A DNA stretch of 57,196 nucleotides, the filler included, from Catajapyx aquilonaris (Eukaryota), in assembly GCA_000934665.2 (NCBI GenBank). It is 2 parts of 2 records of this genome, joined end to end, with 100 filler letters (N's around TTAATTAATTAA, not from the genome) between each part and the next. Parts side by side here need not be neighbours in the genome. Positions count along the whole stretch, not along the records: positions 1 to 28,503 come from JYFJ02004912.1; 1 more part is not named here. The stretch is one strand, 5' to 3'. The notes beneath the pieces are model-generated. The model worked only from the letters and a program-made list of their open reading frames with translations, did no database searches and was not told the DNA's origin. Positions 1 to 13,140 of this stretch are shown here, one piece after another; within the stretch, counting starts at the first letter, position 1; each line of letters opens with the position of its first letter. The translations under genes were made by a program, and so were the position numbers.

Positions 1-18
1 AATAACATATTTTGATAA

Positions 19-555
19 TCTACGCATGTAAGGCAAAAAAATAATATTTCTTTGCCGGTGGCAACAGAATTTTGTTGGTGATTACCATAGAAACAGGCCT
101 GTAAATGGTTTCAAATTTTGCACTTCCCCCAATTTTTTTATCCCAATTTTTTACGTTCCCTCCCCTCAATGTATCTCCACCTTTCCGTGGTGGTGGGCTT
201 TCGTTTTCCCATGATCCTGAAGAGCTATGCCGGCGGTAGTTTCGTCTACTGGTAGGGCCGCCCAAGTCAGACAGATCTTTGGGATATAGGAGACAGACTA
301 AGAGAGATACCAGTCTTCTTTTTCCTCTTCGTTTCTCTCTCCATCTGTTCCACCTTTTTGTATTCTGATAACCACGTAGCCATAGTTGCGTGGCTCTTTA
401 TTACGCAAACAAACCAAAATGTTTACACCCTTCCACTGCCTACGTATGCAAGGGAATGAGCAGGTTTGCATTTAATAATGCCTGAGATCTAAGAAATTTC
501 GGTGTAATTATCCACGCTCTTTTTTCCCCGTGCGAAGAACGGGTACCGCTGCTAG
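19..555 (+). mobile_element. Non-autonomous Helitron-like element (interrupted by a SINE-like insertion at ~160-420)
   Basis: 3' end is a CCCGT-gcgaaga-ACGGG hairpin (527-543) followed by CTAG|T (552-556), the classic Helitron terminus; possible A|TC 5' end at 18-20 (less certain). Confidence 0.55.
160..420 (+). mobile_element. Bipartite SINE-like element, diverged copy (RTE/Expander-like head, stem-loop plus (AAACC)n tail)
   Basis: Colinear with the TSD-flanked copy at 27359-27631 over its whole length. Confidence 0.8.
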
Positions 556-559
556 TAAT

Positions 560-1970
560 ACTCTAAAGGTGAGTCATCAATTGATGGTAATTATCTTAGT
601 TGTCATCGACACTTGCCATAATGGGTGTCATAGTTGCACAATAATTCATGTTCACATTCATTCAAGCTTATTATAATGTTGGTCGTGTGATATGAATTTA
701 CTCTGTAGCCGGTTGTAAATATAGGCCCTATATAATCTCAGTTGCAGTTGCAGTTCCGCTGCAGAGTGTTATAGTCCCATGAATTTTTCCTAGTTCCCTA
801 TAATAAGAGATCATAATAATTTATTATCCTGATGGTTAGTCATCCAGAGAACATTTGCTTGTAATTATCAAGTGAGAGTCAACCGTGTTGTGATCGACGT
901 CTCATAATGGTCGCACCAATAATATTATTTCCTAGTAGGCTATGCCAGTCAAGAAACTCCACAATATAACCTGGACATTATTTAGAAAATAAAAATGAAA
1001 ACTGGATCAATATAAAGAAGGCAAATATCATGCCATTGTGTTTCCCCCCCTAAAAAGTTTATAGCGGATGATGGGATGAACCATTACAATAATGAAACTT
1101 TCAGGATTAGAGAAGTTCCACTTCAGCTGATGCTAACCCTCGAAAATATCTGCTTTAGTTGCAGTGATATTACTGTAAACTAGTGAATGTAAACTATAGT
1201 ATGGTGTAAAGCCGAGAGGATCAGCCCTGCCTGTCGGACTGTGTCCTCAGTTCCCTTAAATTGACATCTGATCGCTGCCTATACAGTTGCAGACCAGCAA
1301 ATAGTAGGTCTTCAACCACTGAGCCCGTTGTATAAGATTAAGATTAATATTAATATTAATATTGTGGATTGCGATTGCAACCCTCCTTGTCGGATTGTGT
1401 TGTCCCACACCAACGAATTCTTCTTTCACTGGTCGAGAGAAGCGAACCTGTCGTTAGGTCTGTGGAAATAGACAAGATCACTCTAGATACAGTCAATATG
1501 ATTGTGTATTTACAGGACTCTGCCATCTACTCACTGATATAATGATTAGCATTTAACATGTTGTTAGTGAAACATTAATACTGCACTGCAAGGTTTGATG
1601 AATCTGTAAACTTTTATCTGCTTGCATATGTTTACTTGGGTATATGTTCCAAATCCTCCGACGGATCACAATCCACCAGCAGTGCAATCATTATTATTTG
1701 TAATGCCGCAATTATCTTGTGAGAGTCGTCAGTTGTCTTCTACACTATTTACATAATGGGTGGCATTGTCGCACCAAAAATTCATGTTCACAGTCCTCAT
1801 ATGGTCATCTGATGTGAATCTCTCCATAGCAAATTGTAATCAAGCTTCTGATCTACAGTTGAATAGTATTACAGGCCCACAATATATTACAATATGGTTA
1901 TTTCTGCACGTTCTCTTGTAATGTGAACACGTAATACCCTGAAGGTGAGTCATCTTTTGGATGTAATTAA
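560..1970 (+). repeat. Degenerate tandem repeat units of roughly 0.3 kb
   Basis: Recurrent blocks aaggtgagtcatc/atggttagtcatc (565, 832, 1942), aattatc..gtgagagtc, cataatgg..gcacc/aa..aattcatgttcaca (~617-655, ~904-920, ~1752-1792). Confidence 0.5.
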
Positions 1971-1981
1971 ACAAACAAAGG

Positions 1982-2560
1982 CGGCCGACTATAAAAGACC
2001 GGCCGTCCGGCTGATCAGGCAGTTGTTGTTTGGCCTGGGGGACAGAGCTTTTCCCAGTCTAACTGCCGGCAGTGATTGCTTGGTTACCGCACGTTAAAAG
2101 ATCAACCAAGTCTTTTACTGGGTATAGGGGAAGTAGATTGAACCATGGCGTTCAGGCCTATCTCCGCTGATGGCCGGGCCAGCACTTTGTGCGCCGCCTA
2201 GTCATCGGTCTGAGAAAGGTCCGGTCATAACTGGGCCAGCACCTTGTGCGCCGCCTGGTCTATACCGAACCGGCCATACTGACCGTTGTCTGGGCCAGCA
2301 CTTTGTGCGCCGCCTGGTATAACGTACAGTCGAACTCCTATGGCCGCAGGGAGATTGTTAGAAAAGTTCAATTGTGTCTAGAGTCAGGTAGACTTCGAAA
2401 GTGCTTCCCTCCACTGGCTATGACCAGCGGAAGTCCGAACCGGGTCGGGGTGTACCCTTATCCTGCTGGTCATCCCCACGGTCATGTGTACTGCTAACCT
2501 GGTGTCACACTCCCCTTACCAAAAAGGTCCAAAACGGACTGGCGTGGCGGAACCACTACT
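1982..2560 (+). mobile_element. 5'-truncated SINE-like insertion with internal triple repeat
   Basis: 8-bp direct repeat aacaaagg at 1974-1981 and 2561-2568, short (ACT)n tail, GC-rich body, Deu-domain-like gcacgttaaaagatc (~2089), three copies of gggccagcacYttgtgcgccgcct (~2176, 2233, 2292). Confidence 0.55.
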
Positions 2561-2945
2561 AACAAAGGAGCACTTCGACATGATAATCCAGGCACAAAAT
2601 GAAACAGGAGGCCAATGAACTGGGCAGGGACAAGCACTTGATCCCTAGTGTTTTGACATCAGTTATTGTCATAAGTTGACCAATTTTCCCACGATGCAAA
2701 GGCAATACTTTTCCATAATAAATAATATTATTATTATTTTTGTTTTCAATACCAAGTACATCGGTAATATCTTGTGAGGGCCATATTATATTTGCGTATG
2801 TTTAGAATGTCAAAGTTTCTATGACGATTGTGTCTGCGGGATTAAGATATTTTAAACAGGTTACAAATCACTTTACACGCAGACAAAGTCCTCTCCATGT
2901 TATTGGCATTTTCACTATAACATAGAAGGTGAAAAAGTGCGACAC

Positions 2946-4056
2946 ATTTCACTAGATGATCTACAAGGAAAATCACATGCGCTGTGCCCTGTAGCTGACC
3001 TGCTGGTGAAGTTTTTTCTGGCCATTCTCTCTTTTGGAAATTATGCATAAATTATCCACAAGATACAGCTTAATTCATAAAACCATCTTGATTCATCATA
3101 ATGCTGTGAAATAATGAAGGGACAAGTTTTATATGCCCTCCTTAAAATATATGCAACTGAAGAGTATGGCAAATACGAACACGTATCTGAAGTCAAAAGG
3201 GAGTTAATAATACTCGAGTAATAATTAGACAACGAGCTTGCAGTAAAAAATTCAATCTGCCTAGCCAGGTGAGAATAACATACAGAGAGGCTAAAGTCGT
3301 TGTACACTGCATAATTACATTTCAATCATTAAAGTATCATACAAAACATAATGTGCCAGCAGTGAAATTAAGTTTATTTTTAAAAAGTAACTAACCTGCC
3401 TTGATAAATTCACAATCCATTTCTGCTGAAGGAATAATCAGAACTATCACAATCATATGTGCGAAGTAAACACCCTTTAAATGGTATACTGATTCTTTTG
3501 TAATGCACATCAGATAACTGCAACTTCAATTCCCATAATATTGAAGTGGTTATAGTGACCTCCGTCTAAAATCGCCCAAAGCATTTAGTTAGCTAAGTGA
3601 AAATAAACAATATGTTAGAACCGGAGTTGGGAAAATAATATCATATATTTCTGATTTATTGATGCTGGATTCAATACCTTTTCTTTTAAACGAATAAAAA
3701 CACATTCATTTCCTGTGCCATATGGTCAGCCTCAGTAGCATGTGTGTGTGAACTTCATACAAAAATCTTGTCTCAATTTCATGTGTAGCGACATGGAGAT
3801 GGAGGACTGGCTGGCTCTCATCACGCACCCCTCAAACCCCCTCTAGGACCAGGTGTGTGTTTAAAAAGAAGATATGAGTTTTATTTTAATTTGATATTCT
3901 TTGCATTCAAGGCCCCATCAAGGAAGGGACAACATATTGTGTGAAGTGTGGAGGACCACCCTGGCCATGTGTTATCATAAAACTTTTGAAGACTCTGGAG
4001 AAGGTAGCAATATTTAAGGTTGTGTGGCCATCTTCTCCAAGGCCAATGTAGGTCCG
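2946..4056. repeat. Segmental duplication copy 1 (direct repeat of 8005-9131)
   Basis: Colinear high-identity match from atttcactagatgatctacaagg to gtggccatc..tctc..a.g.ccaat..aggtccg. Confidence 0.9.
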
Positions 4057-4889
4057 TATGTAATACATCAATGTAATACATTAATTACATTATCCTTACT
4101 CTGGGTAATTTTTGCCCATAGGCTGAGGTCAAGCTTAAGCGGGCAGCACTTGTGGAAACCTTGTATAAGGCATGCCTACGCGCCCATCAGTATCTGTCCG
4201 TTTCGCCTGAGCGCAACATTGTCCCGGTGCTCTCATGTGATGGCAGGTAATTCTCCGCCTTCAACAAATCAACTGCTCTGGATTTTCATGACCTGACATT
4301 TTGCATCCGAGTCATCATTACCCCAATGATATAGCCAAGCCTGGCTTGTGATTTCGCCATCAACTGAAGCGCCTGTCTCAGCACCATTGCAGCCAGAGGT
4401 GGGAGCAGAAGAGGCAAGAAACAGACTGTCCGAAGAACTCTTTGGGTACATTTCCTCGGATGAAGAAGATGTCGCATCGTCGTCTTCACCGTATTACCTG
4501 CCATTGACACCCCCACCATTAACCCTGACGCAGAAGAAAAGGTTCCACAGTGAGCTGTGGGAAGCGTATTGTGAAGTGCACATTGCATAATATAAATGGC
4601 TGGTTAGGTAACACTGAAAACGAACTCTTTCAATTAGGTCGTAATTTTGAAGAGCTGAACAAGGTCCAGCATTTGAAAGTGTTATTTGCAACATTTTAAA
4701 TAAATTGCTGCCTACTACACCACCGAAACCTACTGCTATATTTATTATTTATTATTAGCGTCTTAAGTCCAACCTGGGATCACTAGGCTACACCTCGTCC
4801 TGCACATCGACACTGTGTAGAAATTATTTACCTCTTTCAACCTACATAGCCTAGAAATTCGTAAAATGCTGGCACCAACATACTGTATA

Positions 4890-5116
4890 ATACGTTTCTG
4901 AAGTCAAAAGTGAGTTAATACTACTCTAGTAATACTTAGACAATGAGCATCCTGTGAAAATTAAATCGTCCCAAGCCAATAAGGGACAATATACAGAGAA
5001 ACTAAAGTCGATGTACCCTGCATAATTTCATTTCAATCATTAAAGGCTCATACAAAACATACTGTACCAGCGGTGAAATTAAGTTTTTTTTTTTAAAGTA
5101 ACTAACCTCCCTTGAT
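4890..5116. repeat. Third partial copy of the duplicated segment (matches ~3181-3405 and ~8244-8460)
   Basis: Shared tctgaagtcaaaag.gagttaata ... gtgaaattaag ... aagtaactaacct.ccttgat. Confidence 0.8.
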
Positions 5117-5340
5117 GGTTTGGTTTAGTAGGAATAAGCCAAAGAAACTATGGCTGTCTGGCTATAGAGAGGCATATAGAGGCATTTGAGATATTCAAGT
5201 CAAAGACATAAATAAAAACCAGTCTTTCCTCTCTTCTTTTTCCTCTTCGTTTCTCTCTCCATCTGTCCCACCTTTGCTTCTTCTTACAGCCAGATAGCCA
5301 TAGTTGCTTTGGCTTCTTCCTAATAAACAAACTAAAACTA
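5117..5340. mobile_element. Two 5'-truncated tails of the bipartite SINE in head-to-head orientation
   Basis: 5117-5175 is the reverse complement of the SINE tail; 5218-5340 matches 27511-27630 on +. Confidence 0.7.
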
Positions 5341-5479
5341 AGATATTTTTAATTACAGATTACAGTCATCTTTGCACGGCGGGAGCAATGAGTGGATGGA
5401 ATATGTATGTGCAGGAGGTGACCCAGGCGGTCCAAAAATTTTTTTTGTCACCTCAAAATATATCACCATAGGCATAAGC

Positions 5480-5482
<3 letters not shown>

Positions 5483-5544
<62 letters not shown>
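5483..5544. repeat. (GA)n microsatellite
   Basis: About 30 perfect GA units. Confidence 0.95.
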
Positions 5545-5547
<3 letters not shown>

Positions 5548-8004
5548 ATAGGGCATATTTAATTTGTGCTCTGGATGAATGTCACAACTGAATAATAACA
5601 TGCCAGCTTTATTTAGAGGAAGATGCAGCTTCTGCCAGTTCATCACTTGAAACAGTAAGGTAACTAATACGTATAATACGTGGTCCTACGAAGTTCTGAG
5701 GCAGTTAAATATAACTGATATGAGTAATATGACTGTTTGATAACTGTGGTCTTACTTACTGAATTCTTACTAATATGAATATGAGTAATACGTTATGTTG
5801 ATTCTGAGCGATGTCTAAGTTTCCTTCGTTCGGGGGAGCGTCGTAGGTGGCGCGCCCTCTAAAACGAGTTAATACTTAATAATATGAATAATAGGTGGCG
5901 GTGCAGGTTGCAGGTGGTCGTTCTCAAGTATCATTTGAAGTGTCGGAAGGATAAACCTAGATGTCAAACCTAGTTCCTTTGTTTAGTTCACATCATAGCT
6001 CATGATGCAATAAAAAAGCAAGTATCAGACCGCCTCATTTGTGTAAACTATAAAGTAATGCATGGTTTCATAATGGGTACGTCATTCTAATACATCATAA
6101 TATTACGATGTCCTGATGGTTTGTGAATTCAGCCCTCGAGGATGTGCATAGAGAAGGCGAACTTTTCAGTGTCAAACTCGGTTCAATATGCTCCTGCCAT
6201 CTCTTGGATTGTGACTCAACTACCATGGCAACTCCAGATCCCCCCCTCCCCCCTGTTCCCGCCAAGTTGAGTCGTATATGCCAAGGTCACGCTGCTCCCA
6301 CGTGATCGTTTATGTAAACATGTTCCCTCAGTACAGGGTGCCCGTAAAGTATGGACTCTGGGGAGGGTTTTTTTTTTTTTAAGTTACCTCGTGGTAAGGT
6401 GGAGCCTTTTTAGGGGGGTGGAATACCACCATTTAACTCGATTTTTCTATATTTCAACTTCAATATCCGGTGCAAGGAGTCAAGGCTGTAGGGTAGGGGT
6501 AGCGATTTTTGGGGAGGGAACATAGGTGCAAGTGCAGGATCTGTAAAGGGGCCATGTTCTGTTCCCCAGGAGGTTAGGTTGCCAGACACCTCCAATAAGG
6601 TACAGATTCAACATATTAGAAGCACCCAATTTGTCATATAGTTTGTAATCTGGTAAATACAAATGATTGGTACTGAAGTTTGACAATGCTATAGTTGATC
6701 CCGCGTCCCCTCAGGTGTCTTAATAAACGCAAAAAGTTTTTCTCTCCCCCCACCATCTCTCGCCAACAGACCCTCATTGTTCTATGACCGTAAGCCTTAA
6801 ATTGTTGCCATTTTTTATATAGCATCACTTACTTGGAAGATAAAGAAATGCGTTCATCCAAAACTTTGCAGTTTTATGGCCCATTCACACATCCACTTCT
6901 TTTTTCCAAATTCATTTCGGGAAGTGTCATTTTTATTGATATTTAATATTGCCTAAAGACGATTCTGAAATACCAACCCTTCCACTTCCAAAAAATTACA
7001 CATCCAGCCGAAATGAGTGATGATTTCCAGAATGGTTCGGCACAGCTCGTGAACAGTGCAAGTTTGTACCGTGACCAGTCCATCAATCAACAAGACTGAT
7101 GGAAAAGCATGTGCAGGACCTTCCTCCTATGGCCGGCCGCGCACACAACTCTGAATTTCTTGTAATAATATAATGTTGAAATTCAAAAATGTAATGTAGT
7201 AATCATTGCTAATAAGGCAAATATACTGTATCATAAAGATATGGTATACTCCATATGGCCGCTGGCAGAGGAACTCATACTCACATTCCACCTGGACGAC
7301 GATATACAAATCCATGGGTAGGTGTAACCTGCACAGGAAACCTCAGGGATGCTGGCAGAGCCAATCAAATTGAAGAAAAAGACGCACACGAAAGATATTT
7401 TCGGTGTCGACGGTCTTGCGACAGCACTGATTCGTATAGACCAGTGATACAGGGAATATCCCTACTGCATTTTGTGGGACAAGTTGTGGCTACTAACCAG
7501 GGCCGTTCTGATGAGGGCTAACATTACACACCAGACAAAGGCAAAGGGTCAAGTGATAATGCCACAGACTGGCACTTGGATGCTTTATTCGGCGAATTGC
7601 TACTGGTCAAGGAGACGGACAAAGGGACACGACCCTATCATACTACATTATGCTCCCTGACAAGACGTTGATATGCAGTGCAAATTAGCTGGACGTATCA
7701 AAGCCCACATGTATGTCCTGATTGGGCTAATTTTTGCCTGGAAGTAGTTTTAAATGATTTTGTTCAGCACTCCTAGAAACTTGGGAGGACGACAACGACA
7801 GTGGACATAATTGACTAATCAAAATTTTGGAGAGGAAAAAACACCATCGGGGACATGTAGTCAAATGATGATTGGTGTCATCCAGAGAGAAACAGGCGGC
7901 TCAGGACGTCATGAGATCCAAGGGGGATAGAGGGGGGGCGGTTTAAAGTTTTATTTAATATCTCAAAACGCAAGTGTTCTATCAAGAAACACTTTATGTA
8001 CAAA

Positions 8005-9131
8005 ATTTCACTAGATGATCTACAAGGAAAATCACATGCGCTGTGCCCTGTAGCTGACCTGCTGGTGAAGTTTTTTTCTGGCCATTCTCTCTTTTGGAAA
8101 TTATGCATAAATTATCCACAAGATACAGCTGAATTCATCAAACCATCTTGATTCATCATAATGCTGTGAAATAGTGAAGGGACAAGTTTTATATGCCCTC
8201 CTGAAAATATATGCAGCTGAAGAGCATGGCAAATACAGTATAACACGTATCTGAAGTCAAAAGGGAGTTAATAATACTCGAGTAATAATTAGACAACGAG
8301 CTTGCAGTAAAAATGAAATCCTCCAAAGTCACAACATACAGAGACACTCAAGTCGTTGTACACTGCATAATATTACATTTCAATCACTAAAGGATCATAC
8401 CAAACATACTGTACCAGCAGTGAAATTAAGTTTTTAAAAAGTAACGAACCTCCCTTGATGAATTCCAATTCCAATTCTGCAGAAGGAATCCACATCAGAC
8501 CTATCACAATCATATGCGCGAAGTAAACACCCCTTTAAATGCTGGTACTGATTCTTTTGTAATGCACATCAGATAACTGCAACTTCAATTCCCATAATAT
8601 TGAAGTGGTTATAGTGACTTCCCTCTAAAATCGCCCAAAGCATTTAGCTAAGTAAAAAATAAACAATATGTTATTAGAACAGCCTTTGGGAAAATAGTAT
8701 CATATATTTTTTGATTTATTGATGCTGGATTCAATAAATTTTCTTTTAATGGAATAAAAAAAAAACATTCATTTTGTGTACTTCTGTGCCATATGCTCAG
8801 CCTCAGTAGCATATGTGTGTGAACTTCATACTAAAATCTTCTCTCCATTTCATGTGTAGCGACATGAAGATGGAGGACCGGCTCTCATCACGCACCCCTC
8901 AAACCCCCACCAGGACCAGGTGTGTGTTAAAAAAGAAGATAATATGAATGGGGTGTTTTATTTTAATTTGATATTCCTTGCATTGAAGGCCGCATCAAGG
9001 AAGGCACAACATGTTGGGTCAAGTATGGAGGACGACCACCCTGGCCATATTATAAAACTTTTGAAGACTCTGGAGAAGAAAGCAATATTTAACGTTTTGT
9101 GGCCATCCTCTCAAAGCCCAATAGAGGTCCG
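8005..9131. repeat. Segmental duplication copy 2 (direct repeat of 2946-4056)
   Basis: See copy 1; homology continues patchily (9541-9645 with 5354-5655; 10323-10390 with 6765-6830). Confidence 0.9.
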
Positions 9132-9589
9132 GCTGAAATACCTGCATGAAAACACGTATGCAAATGTACAAAGATTCCAGGTTGCAACATTTTAAATATA
9201 TTGGTCTGCACGCTCATCAACACCAATACAATACCCTGGATAAAGCTCACATGACGGAGGACACTACTGTGACGGGATCTTCGATCACATAATACTGTGG
9301 GTTCATTGTTCTCCGGTTTATTCAGCCATAACAGGTGGTACAAATAGCAATAGGACAGGATGGAAAGATGGCGGGTGAGTGAACGGTAGGGAGTATCGAC
9401 CAGCCCCCAGGAAAAAGGGTGAAAGTGCAAGTCCCACCGACCTTCTGGGATCCAGAAAGGTCACACTACCTATTCCCTCCCGCGACAACCTGTGCAAAAA
9501 AAAAGAACGCTCATGATAACATAATAATAAGATTTTTGTTTACAGATTACAGAGCTCTGGATGAATGTCACAACTGACTAGAATAACAT

Positions 9590-12500
9590 GCCAGCTTCAT
9601 TTAGAGGAAGATGCAGCTTCCGCCAGTTCATCACTTGAAACACAGTAATGAAAGTCATATGAGTACGTCAGGCAAAGGACAAGAAATTTAACCACAACGA
9701 GACATACTTGTACTATGGCCGCCAAAAGAATTGACCGGCGTTGATGGGTATATGGCGCTATATACCCATCAATTCCGGTCAATTCTTTTGGCGCCCATAG
9801 TACAAGAAGGGCATATAAAAAAATAATTTCATACCCAACAGACTTCGTAACCAGTTATTTGTCAGTAAGAACGTTTAAATATTGGAAATTAGCTGTTATT
9901 TCCAGCCCAGCGCTGCGACAGGGACACCGGATCCGCGATGATAGGTGGATCGTCTGTGGCTGCCCGCCAGGAAAATATTTCTCTCCGCCGAACTTCCCCC
10001 TGCCTACTACTGTTAGAGTATCCAGCTATACAAGATGTCATATGGGCAAGCAATTACACCTATATGGAGGCATACATTTTGTCATTTACTGATGACTTTC
10101 TACACACCATGTGTTGAGTGCACTAATCAGTGTATATATCAGTGTTTGTTGATGGCGTGATGGCGTAACGAAGACAGACTTGATAGCAGCTATCGACTTT
10201 CTTTGCACGTCTATTGCAATAATGGTGTCACACTCAAATACTCAGGATGTATGTCAAGGAAGTGACCCAGGCATTGCAATTTTTTGCCACCTCAAAATCA
10301 AGCTCCTATTCATACTCCTAGTGAACAGACCCCCATTGTTATTTTAGACTACGACTAAAATTATTACAACTTTTATATTGCATCAGTTATAACTGCACCG
10401 TCAATTATTATTTCAGAGATTTTGACATTTCTATTCACAAACAGAAACATGACAAATTCATCTAATGCGAGCAACATAAACATACTCCTACCATTGTCAC
10501 ATTGTGATAAAAGAATTATGAGCATAATTTGCAAGGAAAAAAGTGCTGGCCTTGAAGAGGAAAAATAAGATGTCCCAACTTCAATCTATCCCAGCGTCGA
10601 CTTGAAGAAATCCCAATGATGCAATCCTTCTCACACCAAAGGGTGTATTGCTTTTTATTCCAGAAAGTGCAACATGTGCAACACTGGTGGACATGTTCAG
10701 GTCCTTAGACAGGCAACCTGAATACACCACGGTGGAAGAAACGTATATCACATGATCGACGGAGAATGTCATGGCCAGGCACAACATGCATACATGGACC
10801 TCGTGACGATCGAGGCATACAGCATATCCGTGGGAGTCTGCATCAACAATGTACAGCATATCAAACAAAGGTCGGCCAATATACATATATATTTATGTCA
10901 CACACATTATCCAATACGAGCTGTAGATATGAAATAAAACAACTTTCCTGGCATGGATTGAGTTAATTAAGGTGCATAGTTCACACCTATCATTAACAGG
11001 TTATATATCATGGACTGCATAGCCGATCACAAATTCACAAATAAATTATTATATCACACAAAATGCACTGTCTTGCTTCAATCAGGACTCATGTTCAAGA
11101 GCTACTTGCACAAAATTATCATACACATCCAGATTCATAAATGGCAGTTACATTAACTAACACGCGCCGTCTAAAATAATAGGTGTTAGAGAACAATTCA
11201 GGGTAAGACTGATGACTAATGAAGATGGGACTGCAGACCCTGCCGAAATTCTCATCCTTCCATAGGAGATTAGTGAATGATCCTGAGAATGTTGAAATAC
11301 TCATTACACGTAACTCATTCATTCACAAATCGCTGCTTCAAAAGTTTCGGGAATAGAAATTATTGGTCACTGCATAACCACAGAGTTTGGGAATATTATG
11401 AGTGACCTCGTTGATTCAACATGTCGACTGTTTCCTCTGGTGATTACCTAACCATACTGACTGGGCACCTTTTGCACCACTCTGTTACTATTGGATGATA
11501 AAGCAGAGTGTGACCTGGCAGGTCTGTCAGACGCTGCTTGCAGGAATGACTACATCCAGACAGACAGCCCTTTTCTCACTAGATGATTTAGCCAAGTTAC
11601 TGTGTAATGTTCTAGCCACCAACGTAGTGCTGGGATCCAACAATGACGCATATCCACCAGCTAACACATATCCACCATCCGACACATACAACAGGATCTG
11701 ACACACGAGGAACATGAAGCAGAACATGGAGAGAAGACATGACACGACTTCTTCAAGACCTGCACTGAAAATGTTGGGATATGACAATAGCATTGGAGGA
11801 CATACACCTCCACATCGTGCATAGAGAAACTTACTCATACTTCATGTGACAATGGTAACAGCACATGAAATGCGTAAAACGCCAGTAAATGAACCAAATT
11901 CACCATCGACTAATTTCTTAGACCTATACTTCATATCCGAAAATTCCAGTCTACTTGCAAATCACCACAGGGAAGCATTTCCCGCCCCTCCAATATATGA
12001 ATGACACAATTCAAGCACAAACAAAGAGGAAATCCCCATGCAGTGAATGTGAAAGGAAGTTGGGACAAGTGCTGAGTTCCGCAAAAAAAGAAAGAAAAAA
12101 AAGAAAGACAGCCACTGCTGTGATGTCTTCATAGACATTTGGTTGATCCCAGTTCTGTCCAACCCAGCTGATGCTAAAGTGGGGCACATGTTGGTATTGT
12201 TGAGGGCATTACACAAGTCATGAGAATGTGCCAAAATACATATATACATCATCATCTGTAGGCTACATTCCCATCAGCCAACATTATTGAGATTTTTAAA
12301 GTTCTCCTTAAAAATCCCTAGAAAGTAAGTTCATTTCAGGATATGCAAACTACTCCAATGAATCCTGACCACTTAATAATTTCATGGCATTACCACTTTG
12401 CAGGGCAACCAGACTGGGATATGACCAAATAAGGATACTGCTTCTCATTCCCACCTTACTTGCACTTATGCAAATAGTCCTCACTACGCGTACCTCTCCA

Positions 12501-13140
12501 ATAGTAAACCACAAGACCAGTCACTGCCAACAATCCATCTTCTACGAGGAAAACTACTCCAATTAACAAAGCCAGCGACTCATCAGTACTTCTCTACTAA
12601 TTCTAACAACTCGCCTCTGTTTAGCTCCAACCTGAGCACACCTGAAGAAGGTTTTCTTGTAATAATTTCCACACATTGGGTCTGTTTGAGTGGAAATGAG
12701 TAGAGTATAACGAAGGCCACCTCTAAATACATTATAGAACATGCAAAGACCAACGAGGCAAACCCCAAGGAACGCCCTGTTCCCAGCACCCGCGGGCCGA
12801 CCGACGGACGCCCCAGTCCGAACGGGGAAACAAGCGGAGCCCGAGGCCACCTTATTCCTTCTCGACCTATGCCCCGACCCCATCCGTCGATCCACCAGCG
12901 GATGGCCATCGCCCCTGGGCAGACCCAGGGGGGCAGCAGAGTGGGGCCAAGAAGCGGACCCCGGCGGGGGCATCAGGCGAAGGAAGGGAATAAGGGAAGG
13001 GAAGAGGGAGAGAGGAAAAAAGACAAACGTTCCATCGGGAGGAAGGGGAAGGAATAAACAAGATGGCCGCCCGGAAAGGGACGCCGTGACGTCATCGGGG
13101 GGGACACAAAATGGCCGACCATCCACACACTCATCCGTCT
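9590..13140 (-). ncRNA. Putative spliced non-coding transcription unit (micro-exons); 3' extent uncertain, may continue through the duplicated region
   Basis: Starts in a CpG-rich region; series of pyrimidine-tract AG/GT-bounded short exons on - (12642-12681, 12494-12541, 12394-12413, acceptor at 12317); the joined exons give no long or recognisable ORF. Confidence 0.35.
9707..9806. repeat. 100-nt near-perfect palindrome (mini-MITE or hairpin RNA)
   Basis: cttgtactatggccgccaaaagaattgaccgg..ttgatgggtatat / atatacccatcaa..ccggtcaattcttttggcgcccatagtacaag, with few mismatches and a tiny loop. Confidence 0.9.

Noticed and set aside
2170..2320. Three ~24-bp repeats with spacers, superficially CRISPR-like
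   Set aside because: Eukaryotic context, spacers resemble each other, inside a SINE-like element, no cas genes
6332..6360. TA-CAGGGTG Tc1-like terminus
   Set aside because: No matching second TIR found
11209..11286. TGATGA..CTGA resembling a box C/D snoRNA
   Set aside because: No clear terminal stem, no recognisable rRNA guide, and antisense to the inferred host transcript
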